DNA from: Candidatus Aenigmatarchaeota archaeon
Lineage (GTDB): Archaea > Aenigmatarchaeota > Aenigmatarchaeia > CG10238-14
Assembly (NCBI GenBank): GCA_044343545.1
Contig: JAWBZR010000001.1
Location: 33,092-97,091, forward strand
Length of the DNA: 64,000 nucleotides
Reading direction: 5' to 3'
The translations under genes were made by a program, and so were the position numbers. Below, piece after piece: positions 31,007 to 40,791 of this stretch (its first letter is position 1; each line of letters starts with the position of its first letter). The notes under the pieces were generated by a model. That model was not told where the DNA came from. It was given only the letters and a program-made list of their open reading frames with translations, and made no database searches.

Positions 31007-31428
31007 TGATTCAAATAGTTTTGGGTTTACTCTTAATTCTTCTTGGTGTATTTCTTGCTTCAAAAATCGTAGGAAACTTGATAAAATTATTTTTGCTTCT
31101 AATAATTTTCTTTCTTGGCTTTTACCTCATTTTTGGATATATACCTTATTCTTCGACTATTTTTGATCTCAAAAATATTTTTGGGATATCTATTTTAAGT
31201 ATAGGAAAGGATGTTGAAGGTAAAATGTTATTGGCAGTGAAAAATAATTGGTTTTTCGAAGCAAAAAATTTGAGTGTGAGTATTAATGGAAATGAAACAG
31301 GCATATTGAATAATGTGAAGAGTATTAAAGGCAGAAAAATAGAAATACTGCAAGTGGATTGGAGAGAAGATTTTAACAAGATTATTATCTCAAGTAGCGT
31401 TGGTAAAACAGAATATTTAAAAAAATAG
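31006..31428 (+). CDS. Hypothetical membrane protein (2 TM + small beta domain)
   Basis: Translationally coupled to tmk (TAATG); hydrophobic N-terminus. Confidence 0.6.
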   Translation: MIQIVLGLLLILLGVFLASKIVGNLIKLFLLLIIFFLGFYLIFGYIPYSSTIFDLKNIFGISILSIGKDVEGKMLLAVKNNWFFEAKNLSVSINGNETGILNNVKSIKGRKIEILQVDWREDFNKIIISSSVGKTEYLKK

Positions 31429-31470
31429 ATTTATGACTAACATATCAAGTCTTGATATTATTGGTAATGG

Positions 31471-32184
31471 TTATAAGAATTTTTCCAAGCCATGTTTTAA
31501 ATCCTTTTCGGTATCTATGAGTACAATTTTTTCATTTAACGGTAAGCTCACGTTGAAGATCGGTATGCTATCTATCCAAGCTAGTTTTTTTCCTTTATGA
31601 GAATGACCACAAATGACCAAGGTAGGTCTCGATGTCAAAATCATTTCTTCCATCTTTTTACTTCCCAATTCTGGATAAAATTTCAATTCCTCACCTTCCA
31701 ATATTTTATAGGTTGGCGCGTAATGTAGTAATAATATTTTTATCTCTGCTTTTACTTCGCACAAGAGTTTCTTTATTTTTTCAATTCTCTCCTCGTATTC
31801 TTTCTCTATGTTAGGTATGTTTTTATATTGCCAATAGGTGGGTCTGTCCAAGCTACCCTTGCTTCCTATTATAGCTACGGATGTGTTTTTTACATGCAAT
31901 AAGATGCTTTCGTCTTCAAGAAAAATAACTTGCTTGTATTTCTCTTTTATTTTGCTCGTAGTTTCTGCACCAAATTCCGTGTTTCCGAAGCATGCCACTA
32001 TAGGACAATTGATTTTACCGAACATCGTGTTTATAATTTTTTGATACTCGTCTACATTTCCCTTATCAACAACATCTCCTGCCAGAAGAAATATGTCTGG
32101 TTTTGCTTGTAAAAAATCTATTGACTTTACAAACAAACTGAAATATCTTGGAGAATGAATGTCTGAAGTTGCAGCTATTATCAT
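31471..32184 (-). CDS. Metallophosphoesterase (calcineurin-like)
   Basis: SDIH, AGD..D, GNTE, HY.P, GHSH. Confidence 0.88.
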   Translation of the reverse strand: MIIAATSDIHSPRYFSLFVKSIDFLQAKPDIFLLAGDVVDKGNVDEYQKIINTMFGKINCPIVACFGNTEFGAETTSKIKEKYKQVIFLEDESILLHVKNTSVAIIGSKGSLDRPTYWQYKNIPNIEKEYEERIEKIKKLLCEVKAEIKILLLHYAPTYKILEGEELKFYPELGSKKMEEMILTSRPTLVICGHSHKGKKLAWIDSIPIFNVSLPLNEKIVLIDTEKDLKHGLEKFL

Positions 32185-32233
32185 CAAATAATAATTCAAT
32201 TTTTAAAGCAAAAATAGCTATATATTGTTAAGC

Positions 32234-32308
32234 GGGCCGGTAGATCAATGGTAGATCGCTGCCTTGGCGTGGCAGAGGCTCTGGGTTCAAATCCCAGCCG
32301 GTCCACCA
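32234..32308 (+). tRNA. tRNA-Ala(GGC)
   Basis: Cloverleaf; G3:U70 identity pair; anticodon arm CTGCC-TTGGCGT-GGCAG; encoded CCA. Confidence 0.97.
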
Positions 32309-32357
32309 CGGAATATTAAAAAATTTAAATATTCGTTCTTAATTTATGTGAGTTATT

Positions 32358-32831
32358 ATGATGAAGAACGAAAAAAGAGAGATAAGGGGTATAGTAAGGA
32401 TAGCTGGAGTAGATCTTAAAGGAGAAAAGAAAGTTTATGTTTCTCTACAGCAAATAAAAGGTGTAGGTCCTGCCGTGGCTAATGCTGTTTGCAAACTCAC
32501 AGGAATAGAAAGAAATAGAATGGTTGGCACGTTAAGCGATGAAGATGTAGAGAGAATAGAACATGTGCTAGAAAATTTACATAAATATGTACCTTCTTGG
32601 TTGCTTAATAGAAGATCGGATCCTGAAACAGGAGAAAATCATCATCTCATAGGCCCTGATGTAAAGTTTGTTATTGAGCAAGATATAAAGAAGATGATAG
32701 AGAAAAGGTGTTATAAAGGTATAAGGCATGCACTTGGTCTACCCGTAAGGGGACAAAGAACGAGAAGTTCCTTTAGAAAAGGAAGAACTGTAGGTGTGAT
32801 AAGAAAGAAAAATCAACCAGGCAAAAAGTGA
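32358..32831 (+). CDS. rps13: 30S ribosomal protein uS13
   Basis: IVRIAGVDL, IKGVG, NRR.DPETG, RH..GLPVRGQRTRS. Confidence 0.97.
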   Translation: MMKNEKREIRGIVRIAGVDLKGEKKVYVSLQQIKGVGPAVANAVCKLTGIERNRMVGTLSDEDVERIEHVLENLHKYVPSWLLNRRSDPETGENHHLIGPDVKFVIEQDIKKMIEKRCYKGIRHALGLPVRGQRTRSSFRKGRTVGVIRKKNQPGKK

Positions 32832-32840
32832 TGATGAGGT

Positions 32841-33326
32841 ATGAGAAAAATAAGAAATACTTATAGAAAGCCAAGAAAACCATGGGACAAGGCAAGAATT
32901 GAAGAAGAAAAGAAATTGATGAAAAAATATGGATTAAGAAGAAAAAAGGAGATATGGAGAGCGGAAGCATTGTTAAGAAGTTTTAGGCAAAGAGCAAGAA
33001 ATTTATCTGCCAAAAGGAATGAAGAAGAAGAAAAGAAATTACTAGACAAGCTTTATAGATTGGGGTTATTGGAAAAGGGGGCTAAACTGAATGACGTGCT
33101 GAGTTTAACAGTTGAAGATATTCTTGAAAGAAGGCTTCAAACCATAGTTGCAAAAAAGGGTTTGGCTAACACGCCGAAGCAAGCAAGACAATATATAGTT
33201 CATGGTCACATCGGAATTAATGGAAGGAGGATAAAGTTCCCTGGGATGCTGGTCACAAGAGATGTGGAGGATAAAATAAGTTATTATAACTTTGAGCCTA
33301 AGTTAAGGGTGAGTGTTGATGAATAA
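32841..33326 (+). CDS. rps4: 30S ribosomal protein uS4
   Basis: [34 protein letters not shown]. Confidence 0.97.
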   Translation: MRKIRNTYRKPRKPWDKARIEEEKKLMKKYGLRRKKEIWRAEALLRSFRQRARNLSAKRNEEEEKKLLDKLYRLGLLEKGAKLNDVLSLTVEDILERRLQTIVAKKGLANTPKQARQYIVHGHIGINGRRIKFPGMLVTRDVEDKISYYNFEPKLRVSVDE

Positions 33327-33738
33327 AGAAGGTGAGAAGAAAACCGAAAAAACTAAAGGAGTATGGGGAGTTGCACATATATTTTCGACTGTTAATAGCA
33401 TCATAGTGCACATCACAGATATAACAGGTTCGGAAACCATTTCTCGTTGCACAGGCGGAATGATAACCACGAAAGATAGGGAGCAGGGAAGTCCTTATTC
33501 TGCATTAATGGCGGCAACGAAAGCAGCGCAAGAAGCTTTGGAAAAGGGAATTATAGGCGTTCATGTAAAGGTGAGAGGTAAAGGAGGGCATCATAAAAAA
33601 TCTCCTGGACCTGGAGCTCAACCTGCTATTAGAGCTTTAGTGAGAGCTGGCCTAAAAATAGGATTGATAGAGGACGTCACGCCAATCCCAACAGACACCA
33701 CGAGAAGAAAGGGTGGCAGAAGGGGAAGAAGAGTGTAA
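33319..33738 (+). CDS. rps11: 30S ribosomal protein uS11
   Basis: [38 protein letters not shown]. Confidence 0.97.
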   Translation: MNKEGEKKTEKTKGVWGVAHIFSTVNSIIVHITDITGSETISRCTGGMITTKDREQGSPYSALMAATKAAQEALEKGIIGVHVKVRGKGGHHKKSPGPGAQPAIRALVRAGLKIGLIEDVTPIPTDTTRRKGGRRGRRV

Positions 33739-33739
33739 A

Positions 33740-34483
33740 TCATATTTTTCTTGCAAAAGTTAACCAGCCGGTGTGCATTAAACCCATCGTTTTTGGACGA
33801 GTATAATCTCCCACTTGCCACTCTCTTTTTATGCATTCGATCGTTTTGACCTCGACAAACGAAAATTCACTCAATCCTTTTCTCACTGACTTTACTTGCT
33901 CTATGTATGGTGAATATATGGCAATCCAACCGCCTTTTTTTAAAGCTTTGTAAGCTTCTTCTATAATTTTTTCCGCATCCTTAACATCTAAAGTTATGAG
34001 ATCTACATTTTTTTCATCTATGCCCAAGAATATATCTTTATGTTTAATCGTTAAATTTTTTAACCCAATTAACTTGGCATTTTCTTTTGCAATTTTGATA
34101 TATTTTTCGTTTATTTCATATGAAACAACCTTGCTTTGAGGAAGGTAATAGGATAAAAAGATGCTTAAAAAACCCGAGCCACAGCCTGCATCAACTATCA
34201 AACTTTTTGGAGATATACCTGTATAAGCAAGGATTAAACATGCGTCTTGAGGCATAACTATTTGTGGCAATCTTTTAGCTTTTTTCTCCAAAAAATCGAT
34301 GAGGTTTGGCTCCAAAACCACAAACTCTTCTCCAAGATGTGTTTTTATAATTTCTCCTATTCTTTTCTTCTTTAATTCTTTTATGTCTACCTGCCCAAAC
34401 TGAGTGTTATATTTTTCGCCATCAATTTTCACGATATATTTTTTCTTTCCGATTAATAACCTGTACTTTTCCATATCTTTCAA
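33740..34483 (-). CDS. trmI: tRNA (adenine-57/58-N1)-methyltransferase
   Basis: R.PQIV.P.D, DAGCGSG, YSPYIEQ, TRP...MHTGWL..ARK. Confidence 0.9.
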   Translation of the reverse strand: MKDMEKYRLLIGKKKYIVKIDGEKYNTQFGQVDIKELKKKRIGEIIKTHLGEEFVVLEPNLIDFLEKKAKRLPQIVMPQDACLILAYTGISPKSLIVDAGCGSGFLSIFLSYYLPQSKVVSYEINEKYIKIAKENAKLIGLKNLTIKHKDIFLGIDEKNVDLITLDVKDAEKIIEEAYKALKKGGWIAIYSPYIEQVKSVRKGLSEFSFVEVKTIECIKREWQVGDYTRPKTMGLMHTGWLTFARKI

Positions 34484-34833
34484 TCCTTTTTATATTTTTG
34501 AAACCTTTGTTTATTTTTTTCCATCTTCTTCAAGTACTCCTTTTCCAAATCCATGCCGAGCAAGTTTGCTGTTATTATTATATAAATAAAGCAATCGATC
34601 AACTCTTCTGTTAGCTCATTTTTTCTTTCATCCAACGTGTTTATTCCTAAGGTTGTGAGATCCCTCGAAATTTTTTTAACTATATTTGCATATTCTCCTA
34701 TTTCTCCTGTCAAAGCAACAACAAGATACTGTAATTTTTCTATTTTTGATTTTTCATCTTCTGCTTCCCAAAAGTTTTTAAAGTATTCCATATCGAATCT
34801 TTTTTGTAAATCCTGAATCTCCTTTATTTCCAT
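34480..34833 (-). CDS. MazG-like nucleotide pyrophosphohydrolase
   Basis: LTGEIGEYANIVKK...EELIDCFIY. Confidence 0.85.
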   Translation of the reverse strand: MEIKEIQDLQKRFDMEYFKNFWEAEDEKSKIEKLQYLVVALTGEIGEYANIVKKISRDLTTLGINTLDERKNELTEELIDCFIYIIITANLLGMDLEKEYLKKMEKNKQRFQKYKKD

Positions 34834-34925
34834 AAATATCACACATTAACATAATTAGAAGACGAAGCAATAAAATTTTCTATAAAAACCAAAATTTAAA
34901 ACCATTAAAAATCTAATTTTTTATT

Positions 34926-35205
34926 GGCAAGGAGCTAGATCGGGGTGCTACCGGTACCCTGTAACCGCAAACCCGGTATACGGCGGGATCGAAGCCTGAG
35001 GGCGACTTGACACTGGTAACAAGACCTGGATCTTGGACGATGAAGCTTTGTCTCCCGGGACAGTGCATATACTGAACCTGGTCAGGTCCGGAAGGAAGCA
35101 GCCATAAAGTATATGCTCCTGTGCTCGCGAGTTAACAAAGTGGAGGACAAGTTCCAGAAAACTCTTGTTATCAGTGTCATTTCCACCGATGGCGTGCTCC
35201 TTGCC
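34926..35205 (+). ncRNA. ffs: Signal recognition particle RNA (~280 nt)
   Basis: Terminal helix GGCAAGGAGC/GCTCCTTGCC; Alu domain with CTGTAAC; helix 8 GTCAGGTCCGGAAGGAAGCAGC. Confidence 0.95.
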
Positions 35206-35442
35206 TCCTTTTATTTAAAAATGCGTACCATTGATATTCAAGATAATTCGTATTAATGCCGCAACAACAAACCGCATGCGAAAATCGCGGTTTCATACAA
35301 TAAAAATTTTCAAATAAACATATGGATTATTTTAAAAATCAGAATCAAATTTTTGATGAAAAACTTGTTTAATAAGAAATTGTAATTTCTTGTCGAAAAA
35401 CGAAAAAAAGTGTTAAAATATTTTGAAACTAAACAGAATTTT

Positions 35443-36345
35443 ATGATACCAAAATTGCTCGAAGAAAAAATAAAATTGCTTTATCCGGAAAATTTGGAAG
35501 ATTTCAACAAAATTCACGTGATTAAAAAATCGATAAGGGTAAATACTCTAAAAATTTCAAAAAAAGAATTGGTTTCTAGATTGAGAGAAAGATTCGAAAT
35601 TGAAGAAATACCATGGTGTGAAGATGGGTTATTCGTTAATGACGTTAACTTGACAAAAACGAGGGAATATTTTTTGGGTTATTATTATCTTCAAGACGCC
35701 GCAAGCATGATACCTGCCATAGTCCTAAAACCAAAAAAAGATGATGTAGTTCTCGACATTGCCGCTGCACCTGGTTCAAAAACCACACAAATGGCTGCCA
35801 TAATGAAGAATAAAGGTCTGATAATAGCTAACGATGTCAACATGAAAAGATTGAAAGCTTTGAGATTTAACTTGCAAAAATGCGGTGTTGTTAATACCGT
35901 AGTAACCAATTTGGATGGAAGGTATATAGATAAAATAGGTATTGAATTTGATAAGATATTATTAGATGTTCCGTGTAGCGCTTCCGGGACTTGCATCACA
36001 AATCCCAACGTCTTTAAAACGTGGAATCAAGGTAAAGTGAATGAATTGAGTAAGCTGCAAAAGCGGTTAATCGAAGCTGCGGCAAACTGTTTAAAAGAAG
36101 GTGGCGAAATGGTTTATTCGACGTGCTCTATAGATCCTGAAGAAAATGAAGAAGTCATAGATTTTGCTGTGAGAAAATTGAATTTAAAAACGAAAAAAAT
36201 AAGATTAAAAGGAATAAAGACGAGGGATGCTATAGAGAAATATAGAAGATTCGAATATAGTGAAGAAGTCAAAAATGCAGTTAGAATAAATCCATTTGAT
36301 AATATGACGGAGGGTTTCTTTATATGCAAATTAAAAAAATACTAA
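35443..36345 (+). CDS. RsmB/NOP2/NSUN RNA m5C methyltransferase
   Basis: RVNTLK, QDAASM, AAAPGSKT, DVPCS.SG, YSTCS..PEENE, GFF. Confidence 0.93.
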   Translation: MIPKLLEEKIKLLYPENLEDFNKIHVIKKSIRVNTLKISKKELVSRLRERFEIEEIPWCEDGLFVNDVNLTKTREYFLGYYYLQDAASMIPAIVLKPKKDDVVLDIAAAPGSKTTQMAAIMKNKGLIIANDVNMKRLKALRFNLQKCGVVNTVVTNLDGRYIDKIGIEFDKILLDVPCSASGTCITNPNVFKTWNQGKVNELSKLQKRLIEAAANCLKEGGEMVYSTCSIDPEENEEVIDFAVRKLNLKTKKIRLKGIKTRDAIEKYRRFEYSEEVKNAVRINPFDNMTEGFFICKLKKY

Positions 36346-36791
36346 GTTCAAAAGAAATAAAAGAAATTGAAAATATTATAAGAAAAAATTATGATTCTTC
36401 TTTCAAATTAAGAGATTATTTTGTTTTTCTCACAGCAGATGACAAGTTGTGGATCTGTTCGCTTGATTTGAAAAAAATTGAATTAAAAAAGTTGAAGAGA
36501 ATAAATGCCATAGGTCTTTATTTCGGCAAATTGAAAAGAAATGAAAAAATACAATTATCTATAGAAGGTAGTATGTTAGTTGGAAAAACTGCTAAAAAGA
36601 ATGTAGCAATAGTAGAAAAAATAGAGGAATATATGGAAGGAAAAAATGTTTCTTGTAATTGTTTGAATTGTGAAAAAGATAATTTTGTGATAGTAAAGAA
36701 TTGTGAAGATTTTTTTGGCACCGGAGTTTTGAGAGAAAATTGCATATTAGAAAACATTTTACCAAAAAGTAGAAGGTTAGAGTTAAAATGA
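36324..36791 (+). CDS. NIP7/pre-PUA-like partner of the m5C methyltransferase
   Basis: GLYFGK...LSIEG..LVG..A.KN, PKSRR; overlaps the methyltransferase gene. Confidence 0.65.
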   Translation: MQIKKILSSKEIKEIENIIRKNYDSSFKLRDYFVFLTADDKLWICSLDLKKIELKKLKRINAIGLYFGKLKRNEKIQLSIEGSMLVGKTAKKNVAIVEKIEEYMEGKNVSCNCLNCEKDNFVIVKNCEDFFGTGVLRENCILENILPKSRRLELK

Positions 36792-38080
36792 TAGAAATAA
36801 ACGAAAAATTCAAGGAAGCAATAGAAATTATGGAAAATACCGACAGGCATGTGCTTATTACAGGTAGAGCGGGAACGGGGAAATCTACTTTATTAAACTA
36901 TTTTAGAAAAATAACGAAAAAAAACATAGTTGTATTAGCACCAACGGGAGTTGCTGCAATAAACGTAAATGGGGTTACCATACACTCGTTTTTCAAATTC
37001 AAACCAGATATTTCTTTGACAAAAGTTAGCAAAGTAAAGGATAATAGAATTTACAAGAAGTTAGACGCTATAGTAATAGATGAAATTTCAATGGTTAGAG
37101 CTGACTTGTTGGATTGCATAGATAAATTTATGCGCTTAAACGGAAAAGATAAAGACAAACCTTTTGGCGGAACTCAAATGATATTTCTTGGTGATTTGTA
37201 CCAATTGCCTCCCGTAGTCAAAAGAAATGAGATAAAAATATTCGAAAAGCATTATAAAAGTTTTTATTTTTTTGACGCAAAAGTTTTTGAAAAAATTCAA
37301 ATTGATTTTGTAGAATTGGAAAAGATTTACAGACAAAAAGATAAAGAGTTTATAAGAATTTTGAATGCTATAAGAGATAATTGCTTAACTGATCAAGATC
37401 TTGCAAAAATAAATAGTAGAGTTATAAGAGATTTTAGAGAAGATCCGAAAGATTTTTACATAAGACTTACATCTACCAAAAAATTGGCAGACGAGATTAA
37501 TGAAAAAAATCTTGAAATGTTAAAAGGAAAATTATATGAATACATAGGTATAGTTAAGGGGGATTTTCCAGAAAATTACTTGCCTATAGAAAAAAACTTG
37601 AAATTAAAAATCGGATCTCAAGTTATGCTCTTAAATAATGACAATCTTGGGAGATGGATAAATGGAAGTTTGGGTAGAGTTGTAGAAGTGATTAAAAAAG
37701 ATGATGAAAACGATTTAATAAAAGTGGAACTATTTGATGGGAAAACTTTTGAAGTTTCGCCATATACTTGGAATATTTATGAAGCTTTTTTTGATGAAAC
37801 AAACGAGTGCATCGATTATAAGGTGATAGGTTCTTTTATTCAATATCCTATGAAGTTAGCTTGGGCGATAACAATTCACAAAAGTCAAGGAAAAACTTTT
37901 GATAAGGTGATAATAGATGTTGGTAGAGGCGCTTTTGCTCCCGGTCAAATTTACGTTGCATTGAGCAGATGTAAAAGTTTGGATGGCATAGTTCTTAAAA
38001 AGCCCATTAGAAAAAGTGACATAATAGTTGATTGGAGAATTTCCCATTTTCTGTCAAAATTAAAATCAAAAAATTGGTAG
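36788..38080 (+). CDS. Pif1-family (RecD-like) SF1B helicase
   Basis: GRAGTGKS, APTGVAA, TIHSFF, DEISM, PFGG, GDLYQLPPV, AWAITIHKSQG, YVALSR. Confidence 0.92.
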   Translation: MIEINEKFKEAIEIMENTDRHVLITGRAGTGKSTLLNYFRKITKKNIVVLAPTGVAAINVNGVTIHSFFKFKPDISLTKVSKVKDNRIYKKLDAIVIDEISMVRADLLDCIDKFMRLNGKDKDKPFGGTQMIFLGDLYQLPPVVKRNEIKIFEKHYKSFYFFDAKVFEKIQIDFVELEKIYRQKDKEFIRILNAIRDNCLTDQDLAKINSRVIRDFREDPKDFYIRLTSTKKLADEINEKNLEMLKGKLYEYIGIVKGDFPENYLPIEKNLKLKIGSQVMLLNNDNLGRWINGSLGRVVEVIKKDDENDLIKVELFDGKTFEVSPYTWNIYEAFFDETNECIDYKVIGSFIQYPMKLAWAITIHKSQGKTFDKVIIDVGRGAFAPGQIYVALSRCKSLDGIVLKKPIRKSDIIVDWRISHFLSKLKSKNW

Positions 38081-38085
38081 ATGAT

Positions 38086-39483
38086 ATGAAAATAACATTT
38101 TTTGGTGGAATAAATGAGATTGGCGGAAATAAAATTTTAATTGAAAGTTCTTCTACCAAGTTTTTTATTGATTTTGGTTTGAGCTTTTCAAAATTCGGAA
38201 AGTATTATACAGATTTTCTTCAACCAAGATTATGCAACGGCATAGGAGACCTTCTGGATTTAGAAATAATACCAGATTTGGATGGTATTTATAGAAACGA
38301 TTTGCTTGCGAATGAAGGAAGAAAAACTAGTGATGAACCAAAAATAGATGGTGTTTTCTTAAGTCATGCACACTCAGATCATGTAGGTCATGTTTCTCTA
38401 CTGCATAAAGATATGAACATATTTTGCGGGGAAACATGCAAGATTATTTTAAAAGCATTGCAAGAAAGTAGTATGGGAGGTTTTGAAAATGATTATTATT
38501 GGTTTAGAGAAAATTTTGTTAAAAGGAGAGATAAGCCAAAAACTGAAAGAAAGTATGTAACTTTTAGGACTGGGGACAAGATAAAGATAAATGATATCGA
38601 AGTTGAACCTATACATGTTGATCATTCTATACCTGGTTCTTATGCCTTCATAATTTACACTCCTGAAGGAAACATAGCTTACACAGGAGATTTCAGAAGT
38701 CACGGAACAAAATCTTACATGACAGAAGATTTCATCGAAAGAGCGAAAGAAGAAAAGATAGATATTTTATTGTGTGAAGGTACGAGAGTTAACGAGAGGG
38801 AAAAGAGTCTTAGCGAAGAAGAAGTTTATCAAAAAGTAAAGGAGATTATTAGAAAAACGAGAAATATGGTTTTTGTAAATTTTTCATTTAAAGATGTTGA
38901 TAGATTGAATACATTCTTTAAAGCTTGTAGAGATGGTGAAAGAATTTTTGCTGTTTCAACAAAGTTGGCTTTTTTGATTAAGGAGCTTCAAAAAGATAAA
39001 CATCTCAATCTTCCAAATTTTGACGAGATAAAAGTATACATGCATAGATCAAAATGGGGAATTTATGAGAAAGAAGATTACAACACGTGGGAAAGAGATT
39101 TTTTGGATGGCGATTATGTAACTGCAGAAGATTTGAAAAAAAGTCAAGAAAAATATGTTTTGTTTATGGATTTTTTCGATTTAAAAGAATTAATCGACAT
39201 AAAACCAAAAGCTGGAAGTAGCTACATTTATTCTTCTTCTGAGCCTCATAACGAAGAGCAATTAATTGATTTTGAAAGGTTAAAAAATTGGATAAATCGT
39301 TTTGGATTAGAAATGTATACGATACATGCTTCTGGTCATGCCAACTACAATGAAATAGGAAGTTTGATAGAAAAAATTGGAGCCAAGAAAGTTGTTCCTA
39401 TTCACACAGAGCATCCTTTCATGTTTGAAAACTTTACCAAAAATTTGATAATCCCAAGTTATTCAGAGCCGATTGAATTATAG
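38086..39483 (+). CDS. Metallo-beta-lactamase/beta-CASP nuclease (RNase J-like)
   Basis: GG.NEIGGN, SHAHSDH, DHS, YTGD, EGT, HASGH, PIH. Confidence 0.85.
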   Translation: MKITFFGGINEIGGNKILIESSSTKFFIDFGLSFSKFGKYYTDFLQPRLCNGIGDLLDLEIIPDLDGIYRNDLLANEGRKTSDEPKIDGVFLSHAHSDHVGHVSLLHKDMNIFCGETCKIILKALQESSMGGFENDYYWFRENFVKRRDKPKTERKYVTFRTGDKIKINDIEVEPIHVDHSIPGSYAFIIYTPEGNIAYTGDFRSHGTKSYMTEDFIERAKEEKIDILLCEGTRVNEREKSLSEEEVYQKVKEIIRKTRNMVFVNFSFKDVDRLNTFFKACRDGERIFAVSTKLAFLIKELQKDKHLNLPNFDEIKVYMHRSKWGIYEKEDYNTWERDFLDGDYVTAEDLKKSQEKYVLFMDFFDLKELIDIKPKAGSSYIYSSSEPHNEEQLIDFERLKNWINRFGLEMYTIHASGHANYNEIGSLIEKIGAKKVVPIHTEHPFMFENFTKNLIIPSYSEPIEL

Positions 39484-39528
39484 AGAAAAATATATCAAAA
39501 CAAAAAACATAATAAATTATTAATAACT

Positions 39529-39918
39529 ATGCAAAAAATTAAGAAAATTCTAGTTTTTGGTAATCCTCTAGTTAGAAAGGATAGTCTTCCGCCATCGTTG
39601 ATAAGTAATTTACAAAAAATGTTTCCACACATAGAATTTAAGGAATTCGATGCTGTGGAGGATTTACAAAAAGAAGGAAGAAATCTATACATTCTTGACA
39701 CTGTTGAAGGAATAAAAAAAGTTGAATTAATAACAAACATAGATGTTTTGGAAGCAAACAAAATAATTTCTGTTCATGATTTCGATTTAGCTTATACATT
39801 AAAACTTTTAAAAAATACCAACCTCATTGATAGAGTAACCATCATAGGTGTCCCTGTAGATATAAGTAAGGAGGAAGCATTGAAACAAGTAAAGGAAGTT
39901 ATAGACAAATTGAGTTGA
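39529..39918 (+). CDS. Divergent hydrogenase maturation protease (HycI/HybD-like)
   Basis: FGNPL..KD, ILD and SVHD motifs; close to the hydrogenase large-subunit gene. Confidence 0.7.
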   Translation: MQKIKKILVFGNPLVRKDSLPPSLISNLQKMFPHIEFKEFDAVEDLQKEGRNLYILDTVEGIKKVELITNIDVLEANKIISVHDFDLAYTLKLLKNTNLIDRVTIIGVPVDISKEEALKQVKEVIDKLS

Positions 39919-40791
39919 ATGATTATGAAAAAAGGGATAAAAGAAATTCTTCTGAAAATGCAAGTAAATGAAATAACAGAATATATGGTTTACAAAAAGC
40001 TGTCCAAATGTTTTAAAGATAAAGAAAAGGTAAAGCTGCTTGAAAGTTTATCAAAAGATGAGCTATCGCACTATAATTTGTGGAAAAAATACACAAATAT
40101 GGATGTAGAACCGAACAAAACTAAAATATTATTATACTTTTTGATTGCAAAAATTTTTGGTTTAACTTTCGGATTAAAACTTATGGAGAATAATGAAATG
40201 GAAGCAAAGAATATTTATGAAATTATATCAAAAGATATTCCAATAGCAAAAAGAATAGTAAAAGAAGAAGATAAACATGAAAAAATTTTGATCAATCTAA
40301 TAAATGAAGAATTTTTAGAGTATACAAGTTCGCTTGTTTTAGGTTTAAATGACGCTCTAGTAGAATTGACAGGATCTCTGGCAGGATTAACGTTTGCGTT
40401 GCAAAATAACAAGTTGATAGCTATTTCTGGCTTAATAACCGGTATATCGGCTTCCCTATCCATGGCAGCTTCGGAATACCTGTCAACAAAAAATGAAAAA
40501 ACCGTCAAAAATCCTTTAAAATCTTCGATATATACCGGGGTGGCATACATTTTTACAGTTTTTATTTTGATTTTACCTTATTTTTTGTTTGAAAATATTT
40601 ACTATTGCCTGACTTTCACACTAATTAATGCAATTATCGTAATTTTTATTTTTAATTTTTATGTTTCAATCGCAAAGGATCTTAACTTTAAATATAGATT
40701 CTTGGAAATGTTGATAATTAGCATGAGTGTTGCATTGATATCATTCATCGTTGGTTTATTGGCAAAAAATTTTCTCGGCATAGAAATTTGA
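39919..40791 (+). CDS. Rubrerythrin-like domain + VIT1/CCC1 Fe/Mn transporter
   Basis: E..H diiron motifs (DELSH, EEDKH); LGLNDALVE, SMAASEYLS. Confidence 0.88.
   Translation: MIMKKGIKEILLKMQVNEITEYMVYKKLSKCFKDKEKVKLLESLSKDELSHYNLWKKYTNMDVEPNKTKILLYFLIAKIFGLTFGLKLMENNEMEAKNIYEIISKDIPIAKRIVKEEDKHEKILINLINEEFLEYTSSLVLGLNDALVELTGSLAGLTFALQNNKLIAISGLITGISASLSMAASEYLSTKNEKTVKNPLKSSIYTGVAYIFTVFILILPYFLFENIYYCLTFTLINAIIVIFIFNFYVSIAKDLNFKYRFLEMLIISMSVALISFIVGLLAKNFLGIEI

Noticed and set aside
31436..31465. dif/Xer site interpretation of the palindrome between convergent genes
   Set aside because: Arm and spacer geometry does not fit the 11-6-11 pattern convincingly
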